Assembly: GCA_965153455.1 (NCBI GenBank) | Contig: OZ234493.1 | Location: 5,580,001 to 5,644,000 of the forward strand | DNA: 64,000 nucleotides | Reading direction: 5' to 3' | Origin: Sphagnum compactum | Lineage: Eukaryota | In this document: in pieces, positions 39,253 through 52,822 of the stretch | Layout of the letters: every line of letters begins with the position of its first letter | How positions within the stretch are numbered: position 1 is the stretch's first letter | Program-made: the position numbers and the translations under genes | The notes under the pieces: generated by a model | The model's database searches: none | Seen by the model: the letters and a program-made list of their open reading frames with translations, nothing else | Told to the model about the DNA's origin: nothing

Positions 39253-42200
39253 CACTACACCAAAATGTGTCCTAGTTCATTATAGGTTTCACTAAATTTT
39301 GAGTGAATTCGAACATTTTTACCATGGTGAAACTAGTCAACCCCTTAGTGAATGGGGACCAGTTGCTATGAACAAATGAATTGGTTCATTAGTACCTAGT
39401 GAAACAAGGTTATTCTCAAGTGAAATAAAATTTATCAAACCATTCACTTATTAATTAATTAACTAGGTAGCATAGAAATCAATTAAATTTAAATTATTTA
39501 ATATATAATGTTATTGATAATTTCATGATTTTCAACCTATGATTTATTGACACGTGTCACTACCTAGCTTAAATACGTAGGCGACATAATCAACCTAAGC
39601 ACCTACTCTAAAAAATTAAATAGGAAAATATTTAATCAACTTACCACTGTTGAACAAACACACACCACTTGTGAGGTTTGATCCTTTGTCCTTTAGAATA
39701 AACCCTTACTATCAACCCACCCCACTTGTTGTGATAATATGTTACATTGCATTCTATTTATCAAATATTTCGTTTTAAACATTACAAAAACATAAACTTT
39801 AAAAATTCATATGTTATTGAAATTTTGTCCAAATAAAAAAATTCAATAATGTACATAATTACATTTATTTCTTTTTGAAACCATAAAATCATTTGAACAA
39901 TTTTTCTTTTTGAATATCACTATTCAATAACATTTCAATGACCATTATTTTGAAAAAAAAAGTTTAATAAATGGATAAGATTTTTGTTAATATAATAATA
40001 TTACATATGTTAGGCTACTTTCAGCTATTATAGCGCTACTTTTCATTAATTTAAATTATTTCACCCTACATTATTTACAGTTATTTATGGCTATTCTTAA
40101 TTACTTTTGGTTATTTTTTGTTATTTCACCTTAAGCTATTTTTTGTTATTTTATGTTACTTTTGGTTATTTTAGTTTATTTCATCTTAGGCTATTTTCGA
40201 CTATTGTAAGTTATTTTTGGTTATTTTTGTTATTGCAAATTATTTCATTTTAGGCTATTTGTAGTTATTATAAGTTACTTAGTTATTATAAGTTATTTCA
40301 TCTTAGGCTATTTTTGACTATGTGAGGCTATTGTTGGTTACTTTTGGTTATTGAAGGTATTTCACCTTATGCTATTATTTGCAATTCTAGGTTATTATAA
40401 GTTATTTCACCTTAAATTACTTTTGTCTATTGTAAATTATTTCACCTTAAATTATTTTTGGCAATTCTAAACAATTCTAAATAATTCTAATATATGGTTG
40501 CTGGTGGCTATTCTATTAATGGCTATTAGTAGTTATTTTATTGGTGACTATTAATGGCTATTGGTGGCTATTAATGGCTATTAATGGCTATTAGTGGTTA
40601 TTTTATTAATGACTATTAATAGTTATTTTATTGGTGACTATTAGTGGCTATTAGTGGCTATTAATGTTATTCTATTAATGGCTATTTGTGGCTATTCTAT
40701 TAATGGTTATTGGTGGCTATTCTATTAATGACTATTAATGGATATTCTATTAATGGTTATTGATGAATATTCTCTTGGTGGACATTGGTGGATATTCTCT
40801 TGGTGGACATTGGTGGATATTCTCTTGGTGGATATTGATGGATATTCTCTTGGTGGATATTGGTGGTTATTAATGCCTATTATATTAATGGCTATTGGTG
40901 GATATTCTTTTGGTGGATATTGGTGGTTATTAATGCCTATTATATTAGTGACTATTGGTGGATATTCTCTTGGTGGATATTGGTGGTTATTAATGTTTAT
41001 TATATTAGTGGCTATTGGTGGATATTCTCTTGGTGGATATTGGTGGTTATTAATGCCTATTATATTAATGACTATTGGTGAATATTCTTTTGGTGGATAT
41101 TGGTGGTTATTAATGCCTATTATATAAGTGGCTATTGGTGGATATTCTTTTGGTGGATATTGGTGACTATTGATGGTTATTTTATTAATAAGTATTGGTG
41201 GTTATTCTATTGGTGACTATTAATGGATATTTTATTAATGGATATTGATGGTTATTCTATTGGTGACTATTAGTGGTGATTCTATTGGTGGCTATTAGTG
41301 GCTATTTTATTAATGGATATTGATGGTTATTAGTGGTTATTTTATTGGTGGCTATTAATGGTTATTTTATTAATGGATATTGATGGTTATTCTATTGGTG
41401 ACTATTAGTGGTGATTCTATTGGTGGCTATTAGTGGCTATTTTATTAATGGATATTGATGGTTATTAGTGGTTATTTTATTGGTGGCTATTAATGGTTAT
41501 TTTATTAATGGATATTGATGGTTATTTTATTAGTGGTCATTGGTGGTTATTATAAGTTATCATAGGTTATATTATGACTATTGGTGCTTATTATATTATA
41601 AGTTATTATTGGTTATTTTATGTTATATTATAACTATTGATGACTATTTTATTATAAGTTATTGTTGGGTTATTCTATGTTATATTATCATAGGTCATTG
41701 GTAGTTATTCTATTATAGGTTATTCTAAATTATTTTTCATAGGTTATTATTGGCTATTTTAAGTTATTATACTTAAGATAAAATAACTTATAATAACATA
41801 AAGTAGAATGACCTTGAATAACCTAAAATACAACTTGAAATAACATATATTAACTTGAAATAAAATGACCTAAGGTATAATCTAAAGTTAGTTGAATAAT
41901 TTAATTTAAAATAATTTAAAAACTTATAATAAGTTAGTTATGATATTTTAAGGTAAAATAATGTATAATAGTTTTGGGTATAATAATTTATAATAACCTA
42001 TAATAACTTATAATAACATAAGGTATAAGTTTAAATAATTAAAGTAGCCTAAAATAATATAAGGTATATTATAAAATAACATATATAGAATATTTAAAAC
42101 AAAATAGAAATAAACCTATTTACTAGTAAATTATAATAGTGAATTATGTCAACTAGTAGTGAAACAAGATGTTTACATAGTGATATTATAATGAAATAAC

Positions 42201-42301
42201 TTTAACCGAGGTGAAATCACTAAAATACAATGAACTTATTTCACTTTTAAGGTCCCATAGTGATTTAGGATAATGAACTACACCCCATTTTTGTAGTAGT
42301 G
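39253..42301. mobile_element. Complete non-autonomous CACTA (En/Spm) element
   Basis: Left TIR CACTACACCAAAATG..TAGTTCATTAT; the right TIR reverse-complements to CACTACTACAAAAATG..TAGTTCATTAT. A perfect 3-bp TSD AGT is present (39250-39252 and 42302-42304). Confidence 0.88.
40010..42080. repeat. Low-complexity satellite (GGCTATT/GGTTATT/TGGTGGATAT units) with 60-bp and ~135-bp higher-order repeats and a strand inversion at ~41775
   Basis: Five near-identical 60-mers at 40861-41160 and a ~135-bp duplication (41251 vs 41386). T/G skew switches to A/C skew at a palindrome centred on CTTAAG (41772-41777). Confidence 0.9.
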
Positions 42302-43499
42302 AGTTGAAAAAAATTGTACAGTTTTGAAAAACATTGTAAAGTTTAACAAATTTTTGTATCTATGAGAATGTTGATCTTTCAATTTGTTCGTAGAATTGAA
42401 ACCAATGATGTTTCTTCAATAACATTTTTTGATGGATTTGTACTTTTGTTTTAGAACATAGACTATGAATATGTTACATAGCTATTTATCAATATTTTGT
42501 GGTCACAAGAATTTTAAAGACAAGAATATATATAAGCATCAACAAATCTGTTATAAAATTTATAAACAAACTTAATGTCATTTGAAAAAAAATTGACATT
42601 TTTTGGTTTTATTGACCAAAATGCCTTACTTGGGTCTGTATGACTAAAATGTACATTATGTTCAAATCTTCATTGAATCAAGTTAGATTTTAATTTAAAA
42701 TTTTTTTCCCTTGGATTTATTCACTCAATGGACATTCTATACATGTAGTAGCAAAGAAAAAACCTTATAACATATGTACAATTTTGTTTGAAAATGTTGA
42801 TTTATTAAAGGATTATAAAAATTAAAGCATTAACCCTTCTAGCTATTAAATTTGTTTCCTACCCATAGCACATACATAACAAATTATCTTTTTTTTTAAA
42901 AATTTATAACTAATTACATTGCATTTTCCAAAATGACCTTTATGCCAATTTTTCAATAATTGAAACACCAAGCTATTGTAATTATCAATTAACGAAAATC
43001 CATTTAAAACAATCAATAATTTGATTTTGCTTTCATAAAATTCAATGGTAATAATTAAACTAATATTTAACATACACAAAACACTATGAACAATAATCAT
43101 AACCCTTGGCCCCTTAGTTGAAAATGAATGATAAATTATTTACATATGGTGATTTCACACCTTAACTCATCATGACATGTGCATTTAATTCCGTTTTTAC
43201 AATTAAAAAAATTAAATTCTAACAAATTAAATATAATTAATTAGGATGAATTTTCTACCAATCAATTTTGTTCGATTAATTTACAAATCGATCATCCATC
43301 CATTAATACATTGTAACCATTGTGAGTGGCAAACAAATTTTTAAAATTATTTGACAATCATCATGTGTTGGCATGTTTGAATCCATAATTTAAGCAAACA
43401 AGGATTGTTTTTTTTTCCAGGTCTACAAATCTATGTGCTTTGACATTTTATTCTACATTTTCAAGTTCTATTGATAATTTATGTTCACAATATATTTTC

Positions 43500-46400
43500 T
43501 TTGTTATATTTAATTCCACCTTACTTTGTAATCTATAATCTATAATAAAAATATTACAAAACATTAATTAACAAATACAAAGATGTTCATAATCAACATA
43601 ATACTTACACACCATATGCAATTGCAATGTGATAATGGCAAGCTACACAACTTTTGATGATAAAAAATTCATGCACATTTACATAAAATGTCATTCAAAT
43701 TTAAATAAGCCTCAAAATGCAACTTACATAGTCTACCAACCACCATCATACATGGGAACATTACTTTCCACACATCCACTTCATGTTCAATTATTATAAT
43801 TTTTTGACATTGGAATGCTCATGCAATCAAGAAATTGGGGATTTACCACAGGGCAAATTATAGAAACAAGTCTTTTGAATAAACCTCTTTTGAGTTGGGA
43901 TGGCATGGTGGATCATACTTTCACAATAGAAGAAATAAACATTTCTATAAGGCCAATTTTTTGACAAAATATACAAACAAATCCTTGGTTCCAAAAATAT
44001 AAAACAATATAAAACTAGTAGCATGTGCATTCTCACACCAAATGTTGTACAACACAGTATTGACAAACAAGCCACACATGACACAACATTCACAAACATG
44101 GACATAACCAATATATAATTTAACTTTGCTATTTGACATGTGTTTTGAAACAATAACAAAAAAGAATAAAGATTATTATATAATAAGTCATTTAGAACAA
44201 CGGGAAAATGATAATATACCATAAACATCTAAAGCAATGACAATGAAAGAAACAACATTAAACATAACAAAAGACGGTCTTTTTTTGGAAATGGCCTAGT
44301 TTCCTTTTTTATTCCCACATGGCCCTAGTGTTTCCGATGGTAAAACACATTTCAATGAATATTTAAAATACATAATGAGTGCATTACTTTCACCTTTCAC
44401 ATTATACAAACCATATTTATTATATATGTATGATTTACAACAATCATTACAACTAATCAAAGAAACTGCAAAAAATGCTTTGATAAAGACATTAAAAATG
44501 TAAAACACAAAATCCCAAAATGAGTGAAGAAGACATTCTCAAACATATTGTTAAATATAATCTTCTTGCAAATATACTAGGCACTATTTGATGGCACATA
44601 ACACACCTACAAGATTTACTTTGCATGGTCGAACATTTTGGAATGCCACATTTTTTTTAACACTTACAACTGATGAAACAAGCTTTCTTCAATGGGAATA
44701 AATTATTTACATTGAAAAAATTGCAAAACAAATACATACATCGTTAGATTGGAAAGATTGCCTTGTAGAATGCATCGTACTATTTCATTCTAAGGTCAAC
44801 AGATTTATGCAACTTTTTTTATCATCACATCATTTATTAGGAAACATAAACAACATGTCACATGGTATGAAATTCAACAATGTGGATCACTTCATGCCCA
44901 CATCATCTTATGGATTATGAAAAATGACATTGAATGTATCACAAACGAAATCATAACATTTGTCCTAGCAATATTCAACAATAATAACCGAATTTATAGA
45001 ACCCACAAATGCAATGTAACATATTTTCTACAAATTATTAATGAGAAAACAACTTCACACATGTGGAAATAGATGCAAGCACAAATTTCATTGCAAATAT
45101 GGATTTCCATTTACTATGCAACCAAACCAATAATCCAAATTCAATAACTACACAAATTGATGGGAATATTATCACCCAAGGCATGAAGACTGTAACGTAA
45201 TGCCATACCATGCATCTTTCCTTTTATTATGGAATGCACATCTCAATATCCAACGCATTACTTCTTCATATTGGTCACATTAACTTTTAAAATACTTATG
45301 AAATGTGAACCACATGGAACATTAAATCTAAACAAAAAACATGCAAAACAATTAGGCTTACGAGATGTTTTTAAAGTGCAACTTCAACTAATATCTTCTC
45401 TTATTATAAATAAAATTATTTCTCCTCAAGAAGTAGCAATCACATGTTTACAAAACACCTATAGTTCAAAAAAATGTTGTTGTGAGATACATAGATTTAA
45501 AACCCCTTCACATGTGCACAAAAATTATCACAAGATCAAGAATTTTGGGATTTCATCCCATAGATGTTTATATGAATTGAACTTTTCATGTTGAAAACAT
45601 GACTTTCATTGAATATTTTACAAAATATGAATCTAACAAACTAAACACCTTTCTTCAAAATGTCATGGTGAGGACAACTTAGGAAACTACATTTACACAA
45701 TTAACAAATTGACTAAATTCACAAACTTTCACCCACATACAACATAGAAGGGTTTTTTAATAACATATTATTACAAAACATGTGTTTTCGAAGAGAGATT
45801 GATTTATCCTCCACATCCAATTTGTAGAAAATCTATCTATGTGAATGCCACATTTGTGAACTTATACATGATTTAGAAAAAATACAATGTACCTAATGAA
45901 ATATGCCCATAAAAACCTTTAGGAAGTAGAAAAATGAAGCCAACTTCTTCAAGAAATATTGGAAGACCATTCGTATCTTGACCCGCATCATAAAACACCT
46001 GAAACAATACCTCCCACAATCAATGAAAAATCACATGAAATAGATATTGGGTCAAAACCTTTATACACACATTTGACACAAACCTTTCAATGATGCAATT
46101 AAATCACGAACAACAAAAAGTATTCCATTCCATTATTGAAAACCCACAAGGTCTGCACGTTTTAACATGCACACCTAGAAGTGGGAAAACTTTTTTTGTG
46201 AAATACATCACACAACATTTTCAAACACTTGGCAAAAACGTATTGAATCAACAACTATGAACACATCAACATTTCGTTTATGCTCCACAACAACTACAAT
46301 ACACACTGCATTTTGGATCCTAGTGTGAGGGTATTTATCTATCCTCCTTGAACCTAACAATATCATAGAAAAACTAAAAATTACAAATGTCATCATTATA

Positions 46401-48156
46401 GATGAGATGTCCATGATGACTAGCAACATACTTTGTGTTGTGGAACAACGCTTAAAACAAGCAATGTCTATTGCAAAAACATCTCCATTTGAAACAAAAC
46501 TTGTATTATTAGTTGGTGACCTTGCACAATTACCACCAATTTGTAAGCACATATTTTGACAAAATGACATATTATGCAAAAGTTATCATGTAAAATCTAC
46601 ACCTTGTTGGAAAATGGCACAACAACATTTTTTGTCCATATTAATGTGTCATGGCACAAATCCAGAATACTTACAATTTTTAACATTATTCAAGAAAGAA
46701 AACCAACCATAAAGGAAATTCAAAAAGTTTGATCACCATGTTTTTTGCAAATTCAAAAAATAGACTCACATTGATAAAACCACAACAATTCTTTGTACAC
46801 ATAAAATCAATGTTGAAAAATACAACACCATTGCTTTACAAAAACATTTTCCAACTTCGAAAATTTGCGAAGTAAAAATGGACACAAATGCTACAAACAT
46901 AGAACATATTCAACCATGGTTGAACAACAAATCCTTCAACCACATACATACCATTGTTGTAGGTGCACTGGTCATGTTCACATACAACATCAATATACAA
47001 AAAGGAGCTGTAAATGGTGTAACCGCAATTATAACATCTATCATATTTGATCCCGAAAACAATATCACTGCTATAGAAGTTCAATTAACAATTAACTCCA
47101 TCAAAATGATTTTGAAAAAACATACACTTCAACACAAATATACATATGATGGATATTATTATAAAGCATCATTTCTAGTCACATTGGCATATGCTATTAT
47201 TGGTCACAAATCACAAGGTGCAACAATTAGTTCAAAAGTTATTATCGATATAAAAGAAGCTTTTGCACCTGGCCTCACATATGTCATGCTTTTGAAAGTC
47301 ATAAATAAAAAGAATTTGAAAATAATAGGAAATCTTACTCCAAATGATTTCATACCTTGTGCTTTTGAAGATGATTAATTTAACCACTATCTTGCAAACA
47401 CCCAAATTCCATATCAATACATATATTCCCAAAATTTTAAAACTTTGCATCACATCTTTGCATCAATAAATCAACAAAACAAACACTTTTTAACATTTCA
47501 TAATGGAAATGAATATAAATTCACATGTGTATAGATACATGCATATAACAATATGGGAAAGTAAAAGTTGCATTTAGGTATGTGGTTTTTCATCAATGTT
47601 ACAATTGACTTTCTTGCTTCAGTTTTTGGACCTCAAACAAATAAATTCAAAACAAATCAATATATCATTCTTTACGCTTTTTTGAAATTCTTATAAATGC
47701 ATGTAAGTGAACATGGATTCATTACTGGGTGATGTTGTATGTTGCTTGTAGGTGCATGACAACATGGTTGAAAAAGAGTCTAGCACAACACCAAATATGC
47801 TTTCCAAACATCGTGCAATGCTAGCAATCATCATTCTTGCAAAAAAAAAGTTTCTCTTGCAAATAATCAAAAAGCAAGGAAACTTTAAACTTCATTTTGG
47901 TGCACATCTAAATGCCATATATGACATGATATGCATTTATTTATCAATAGGATTCTAAACAATATCCTAAATTTGAATATTTGAATACTCCTTTTATTTG
48001 AAAACCTTTAGATTTTATTTTCTTTCATCATATTCTATCATCCAATAATTTTATTAAACAATGCATTACCAGTGTGCAACTACAATGACTAAGCTACACC
48101 AATCCATGGGGGCCGCCTCCTCCCACCAAGGGGGGCCCTTCAGCCCCAAGTGGCTT
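43500..48156 (+). mobile_element. Degenerate autonomous Helitron-like element (Rep HUH + PIF1 helicase), HLE2-type signature
   Basis: Rep motif 1 FGMPHFF/LTLT (~44637), HUH motif YEIQQCGSLHAHIILW (44866-44913) and Y2 region LLKY/MKCEP (~45285). Helicase motifs TPRSGKT (46171), IIIDEMSM (~46392), VGDLAQLPP (46512) and YAIIGHKSQG...GLTYVML (ORF 46878-47378). The 3' end has hairpin GGGGC-cttca-GCCCC then CTTG|TT. Many frameshifts; the 5' end is approximate. Confidence 0.88.
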
Positions 48157-49097
48157 GTTGAATAAAGTTCAAAGTGCCTCAATTTGGGAACTTACAACCT
48201 TCTTTTTGAAGATGAAAGCTTGAAAAAGCAGAAAAAACACAAAAGAAAATCACAAAGAAGTTTAAGCTTTATTATTAAAAAAAATGAAGAAAAAGCTTCA
48301 ACTTCTTCGAAAATCATAAAACTCTTTAAACCCTAAAATCAAAATCAATTTTTAAAAATTAAAAATCTCTATCGGGTTCTAGTTCTCAAATGAGTTTGAA
48401 ACTGGACGGATTACTCACAATGTCGTAACCGAGGGGTGATTCCAATCTGATTCCATAACTGGCCCCCTTATCTGGTTCAAAAAATGGGACTCGATTTGGG
48501 TTCCATATTCCAAAACCCAAACTGGAACCACTTTCAAATAACCAGGTCCACCTGGGTAACCACCCAAGACTGGTTTTCACCCAATGAGAGAGGTCATAAA
48601 CCAAAATGGCTATCACATCTGGTTGGTTGAAATGTATGTTGCTGGTTGGTACTTTCTCTCTCTCTAAGGAGGTGTTGGGTTCGAATTCGGCTGCAAGTCA
48701 AGAACTAGGTAGGGCTCAAAAAGACACAAGCCCAGAAAAAGTGCACCAGACAGAGCCGCTCATAGGGAGCTGTTGTTTTTTAGCATCTCATGAATTTGGG
48801 TGGTGACAAGGTTGTAGTGGATAAAATGCATCTTTTTTGATGCAAGTTCCTGTTGTTGTGCATGTGTTTTGGGTGTGAGTAAATTCTTGGGGGAGCCAGA
48901 GGAGGGACGCTTCTGAGGGTTTTGTTGGGGGAGAATTGAACAAGTAAGTAATAAGCTTTGCCCCCAAGTGTTTTTAAGCCCATAAGAATTTGTTCCATCG
49001 CTGGTAGGAAGGTCCAAGGGAGATGCAACTCTGTTCAAGCGAGTGGGTAGAAATTGTTTTTTTTCTTGTTGTTGTTCTTGTTTGAGAGAAGTAGGAG

Positions 49098-52000
49098 ATG
49101 GGACCATTGGCTCTCGCGGTCGCAGCAACAGGGGTGTTGGCAAAACAGGTGATACCTTCTCCATTGCCTGCGACTTCAGCTTCACTGCCTGCTGGCTTCA
49201 TGAACTCTTCGAATTTGCATTCAAAGCTTTTTTGTGACGCTTCCACCTACATGTGGAGGAGTTTACCATTGTCCAGATCTTCATTTTCCCTCTGCTGCTC
49301 TTACGAAAGTGCGAACAGTGAGGAGCCTGGAGAATTTTCATCAAAAGCTGACAGTCATGTAGGGGACTCAGACATTCCGGAGCGGCGTCCGGAAGCTCAT
49401 CGACAACCCCCAAGTCCTGCTTTAGGTTCTGCGTTATCGTCTTCTTCTGATCAAGGGGTAGAGGAGCTGTCAACAAGTACAAGAACAAACTCAGACTCGG
49501 CACCGTGGAAGGAGATTGATAAGCAAGAATTAGGTGGTGATCCAGGAATCATAGGGAATTTGCAGCTCCAAAGCTCCTTGGCCACACTGTCACAAACGCT
49601 TGCTATGATGTCGGAAACAATGAAGGAAGTGTCTGCAGCAGTGGAGCTTGTAGCCAAAGCTCTGGACTCTTCGACAACTTCCTCTTCCGAAGCGGCAACA
49701 TTGCAAGCATCTACAAAGCCTGCCTCACCCCCAGAGCCAAGCAACCTTCAAGAGACTGCAAATGGCCAGGTAAAAAATTTCTTCCCAGTTCTCTTGAACA
49801 AATTTCCTTCATATTATTCTTTTGATTCTAGTTTCAAGCTCAATCCACAAGCTTCGAAATAAAAAATTATTTTAGTTTCAATCCAATCCAGCAGTTGCTT
49901 TAGGAGATAGCTGGCATTGAAAGAATGGGAAGAATTGAGCTCTTTGAAGCAATTGTGATGCTCTGAAAGTTGTCATCAGAAATGACAATGCTGTGATCTG
50001 CATCCTGCTCTTAGTGTCTCCTTTGTGGTTCTCCTTTTCTCACCCTGAATCTCTGACATAATTAAGTTTTCCCTTTGAGCTCTTGACCCCTTCTTCAATG
50101 CTAATTTGCTAAACACTTCACTGCTAATCTGTGTCCTGAACCAGTCTCTACCCATAATCTCTGATCCTAGTTTTAATGCTGACCCTAAATTGTGCATCAA
50201 TCACAAATCGAGGCAATGTCTCCACTGCCATTTATTTGCAAATGCTATGAATTACGGTGTTTGGTCTGAGTTCTTTGCTAACCCATCTCTTAGTGTTTGT
50301 CAAAAACTGGCAGCTTTGTGAAAATGACAAGGAGGAGAGGTCTAGAGACCAGATTCCAGTGTATTTGACAGAACAAAATGCAAGAGCTCACCAACTAGCA
50401 TATCAGCTTCAGCAAGCTTTTGTGCAGGCTCGGATTGATGGCTTGGGTAAACCTTATCAGGTTTTCAATCTTTCTTTCCACATTCAAACTTCTTTTCCTT
50501 CACGCTTTGTAGTGAATACTGATTTCTCAATTTTTGTCAAGAATTGCAAAATATTATCTTGCCACTAATCTGCTCTGCTTGCAATTTTCTGTATTTTGCA
50601 GCTGCAATGCAACTATTGTCAGTCACTGCAGGACTTGATTGTCTCTGATTTCACAGGCTTCAAATTCAGCCTGCGCAATGCATCAGTGTGAATTTCATTA
50701 ATGATTGAGTACTGAAAGAATCCTCATTTTTGTCAACAATCTTTCAGGGGAGGGCAATTGAGGATTGGTTTTTTGGTGTGGGGTCTTGTAGCTTGCAATC
50801 GATGATTTTGTGATGGCATGTATGGAAGCACACAAGGAGGGGTTTGGATTCAAAGAGCTGCAGTTACAGCTCATCTTGTTAGAAGGAGCTTTGTCAGGAG
50901 CGTTTTCTGTCCGAGCCCAATGGTATTCTAATGACCCTCTTGTGGATGAGGTAACTTCTTTATCAACTACAAATCAAGGGTACAAGATGTCAGATGTACA
51001 GTGTCAGAGAGTTTGCTTCTTTTTTGTTTGCATGTGGTGTTTTCACTAGCTAAAACCTTCACTTGTTTCTACCTTAAAGATTCCAGGGATGAATATTGTG
51101 ATGAGTGGAAATAGCGATCCAATGTACATGATTGATCATTGGCCCATATGCCAGGGTCTTCAGACGCAGTTTTTTGGATTCAGGGTTTTGGTTCATGGAC
51201 AGTTGTGTTTCTTGCAGGAGAATAGGATTCGGTCATCATGGGTGCATCTTGTTTATGCAACAATTGCGGAGGTAACGATCTATGTCATGGAATATGCTGG
51301 GCTGTTGCCTTAATGGATACACATTTTGATCATCTTATTGATGTATCTGAAAAGTAGCTCCATGTTAAGTTTCATAAACATCAACTGCTGCTCAAGCATT
51401 CATGTTATGACCCTAGGCAGTTTTGCATATTGCTGTAGCATAAATGTCAAGTTTTGATGATATTGCAATGACTAGTCTGGGCAGATATCATGATCCCTTG
51501 GGCAGTTAATTGGAGGCAGATCATAGAACTACTTTTTAGGTGAATAGGGCTTCTGCCGTATTTGATGTTTGAACTAGTTCATTTTGGAGAGCAAGTGAAG
51601 AGCAATGATGCAAATCGTGTGTGGATGGAAGGTGCAAGAGAGGACACAGATGGGCGACCAACCCATGGTTCTCCCTGATGGCAAAGAACCACTGGATCCT
51701 ACTGAGATGTTTGTCAAAGAGGTACACTGATCATTTCTAGTTGCAAGAGTCTTGTCTAAGCCATCAATCTACTATTTTCACCAAACTGAAAGCACAATTA
51801 ACATCATATGAAGGCTGATCTTGAGATTTTGCTCAGAAGGTAATGACACTGCCTGCAGTTTATGAATTCCAATGCAATCAATTTCAGCCATGCAATGGCT
51901 GTTCAACTGCTATGACACAGTGTTCCACACCTAAGGTTGTGAAGTCTGGTACATTCAAACTGAGATTTCGTTTCAAGTCAATCCTTCTTTTGGCGTTGAC

Positions 52001-52822
52001 CCTTAGATTGGCCATATACACCTCAGATGGAACACACTTCATAAGGCATAGTACTGATCTCAAATCCAAATTACAGCATATTTTGCTCGATACTTGGGAT
52101 GTACAAACTATTAGAATACTTCAACGGTCTCTATTCAAGGATTGTTAAGCAGTTACACTGATGTTCAAACTTTATGGAAAAAGCTTCATGTACAAGCAAT
52201 CTCCATGCTTACCTGTACTTTAACCCCTAGCAACTAAAGGTACTCTGAATGTTTTTCCATCTGGTGTCAATTTCATTTTCTCAAATTGGCATTCTTGTGT
52301 TGACTGATTACTTGCTGGAACAGGTGGTTACTATGGCTCTTGAGAAGGGTTATAATCTCGAGCGGCTGAAACTGGAGCAGGTAAGGCTACTATAAAGTAT
52401 TTTCAAATTGGGTCACTATATCTGGTCAACTTGATGAGTATGCAACTATAGCTAATTGTTGAACTGTATGACCAGCTTTTTCAGTCTAGTATAATGTGCA
52501 GTTGTTTTGCCAATTTTAGGGCAGGAACAGATCTTCATTTTTACAGGACTGCAGCTCTTTGCCTTTTTGAGTCGATTGTTTATCAGCTCAAGCTGCCTGA
52601 CCCTGAGTCTTATCACACTGGGATGTTGTTAATTGCCCAAAACCTGTTAGATGCTTCAAATGATTGTCTCAAAGCAACGAGTGTGTGGTCCCATTGTGCT
52701 TACACACAATTGTGTACATGCAGAGTGTTGCAGGACCCCCAGTGTCAGCAGGTGTGAAAGCTATGCGGCAAAGCCACTATCTCATTCTCTTGACCTTGGA
52801 AAAAATTCGTTCTAGAGGTTAG
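49098..52822 (+). CDS. Uncharacterised ~425-aa protein, probably organelle-targeted; exons 49098-49769, 50314-50460, 50792-50950, 51218-51271, ~51632-51721, 52324-52380, 52724-52822
   Basis: GT-AG-bounded exons join into one open frame, with all introns in phase 0, ending at TAG 52820-52822. The N-terminus is Ser/Ala-rich and the C-terminal half has two similar helical modules. The exon 5 acceptor is uncertain (51632 or 51650). Confidence 0.8.

Noticed and set aside
40738..41127. ORFs of repeated GGYWWLLMP units suggesting a repetitive membrane protein
   Set aside because: They are a by-product of the 60-bp satellite inside the CACTA element, with no gene context.
40861..41160. Regular repeat array that could be mistaken for CRISPR
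   Set aside because: The units are contiguous with no unique spacers, there are no cas genes, and the context is eukaryotic.
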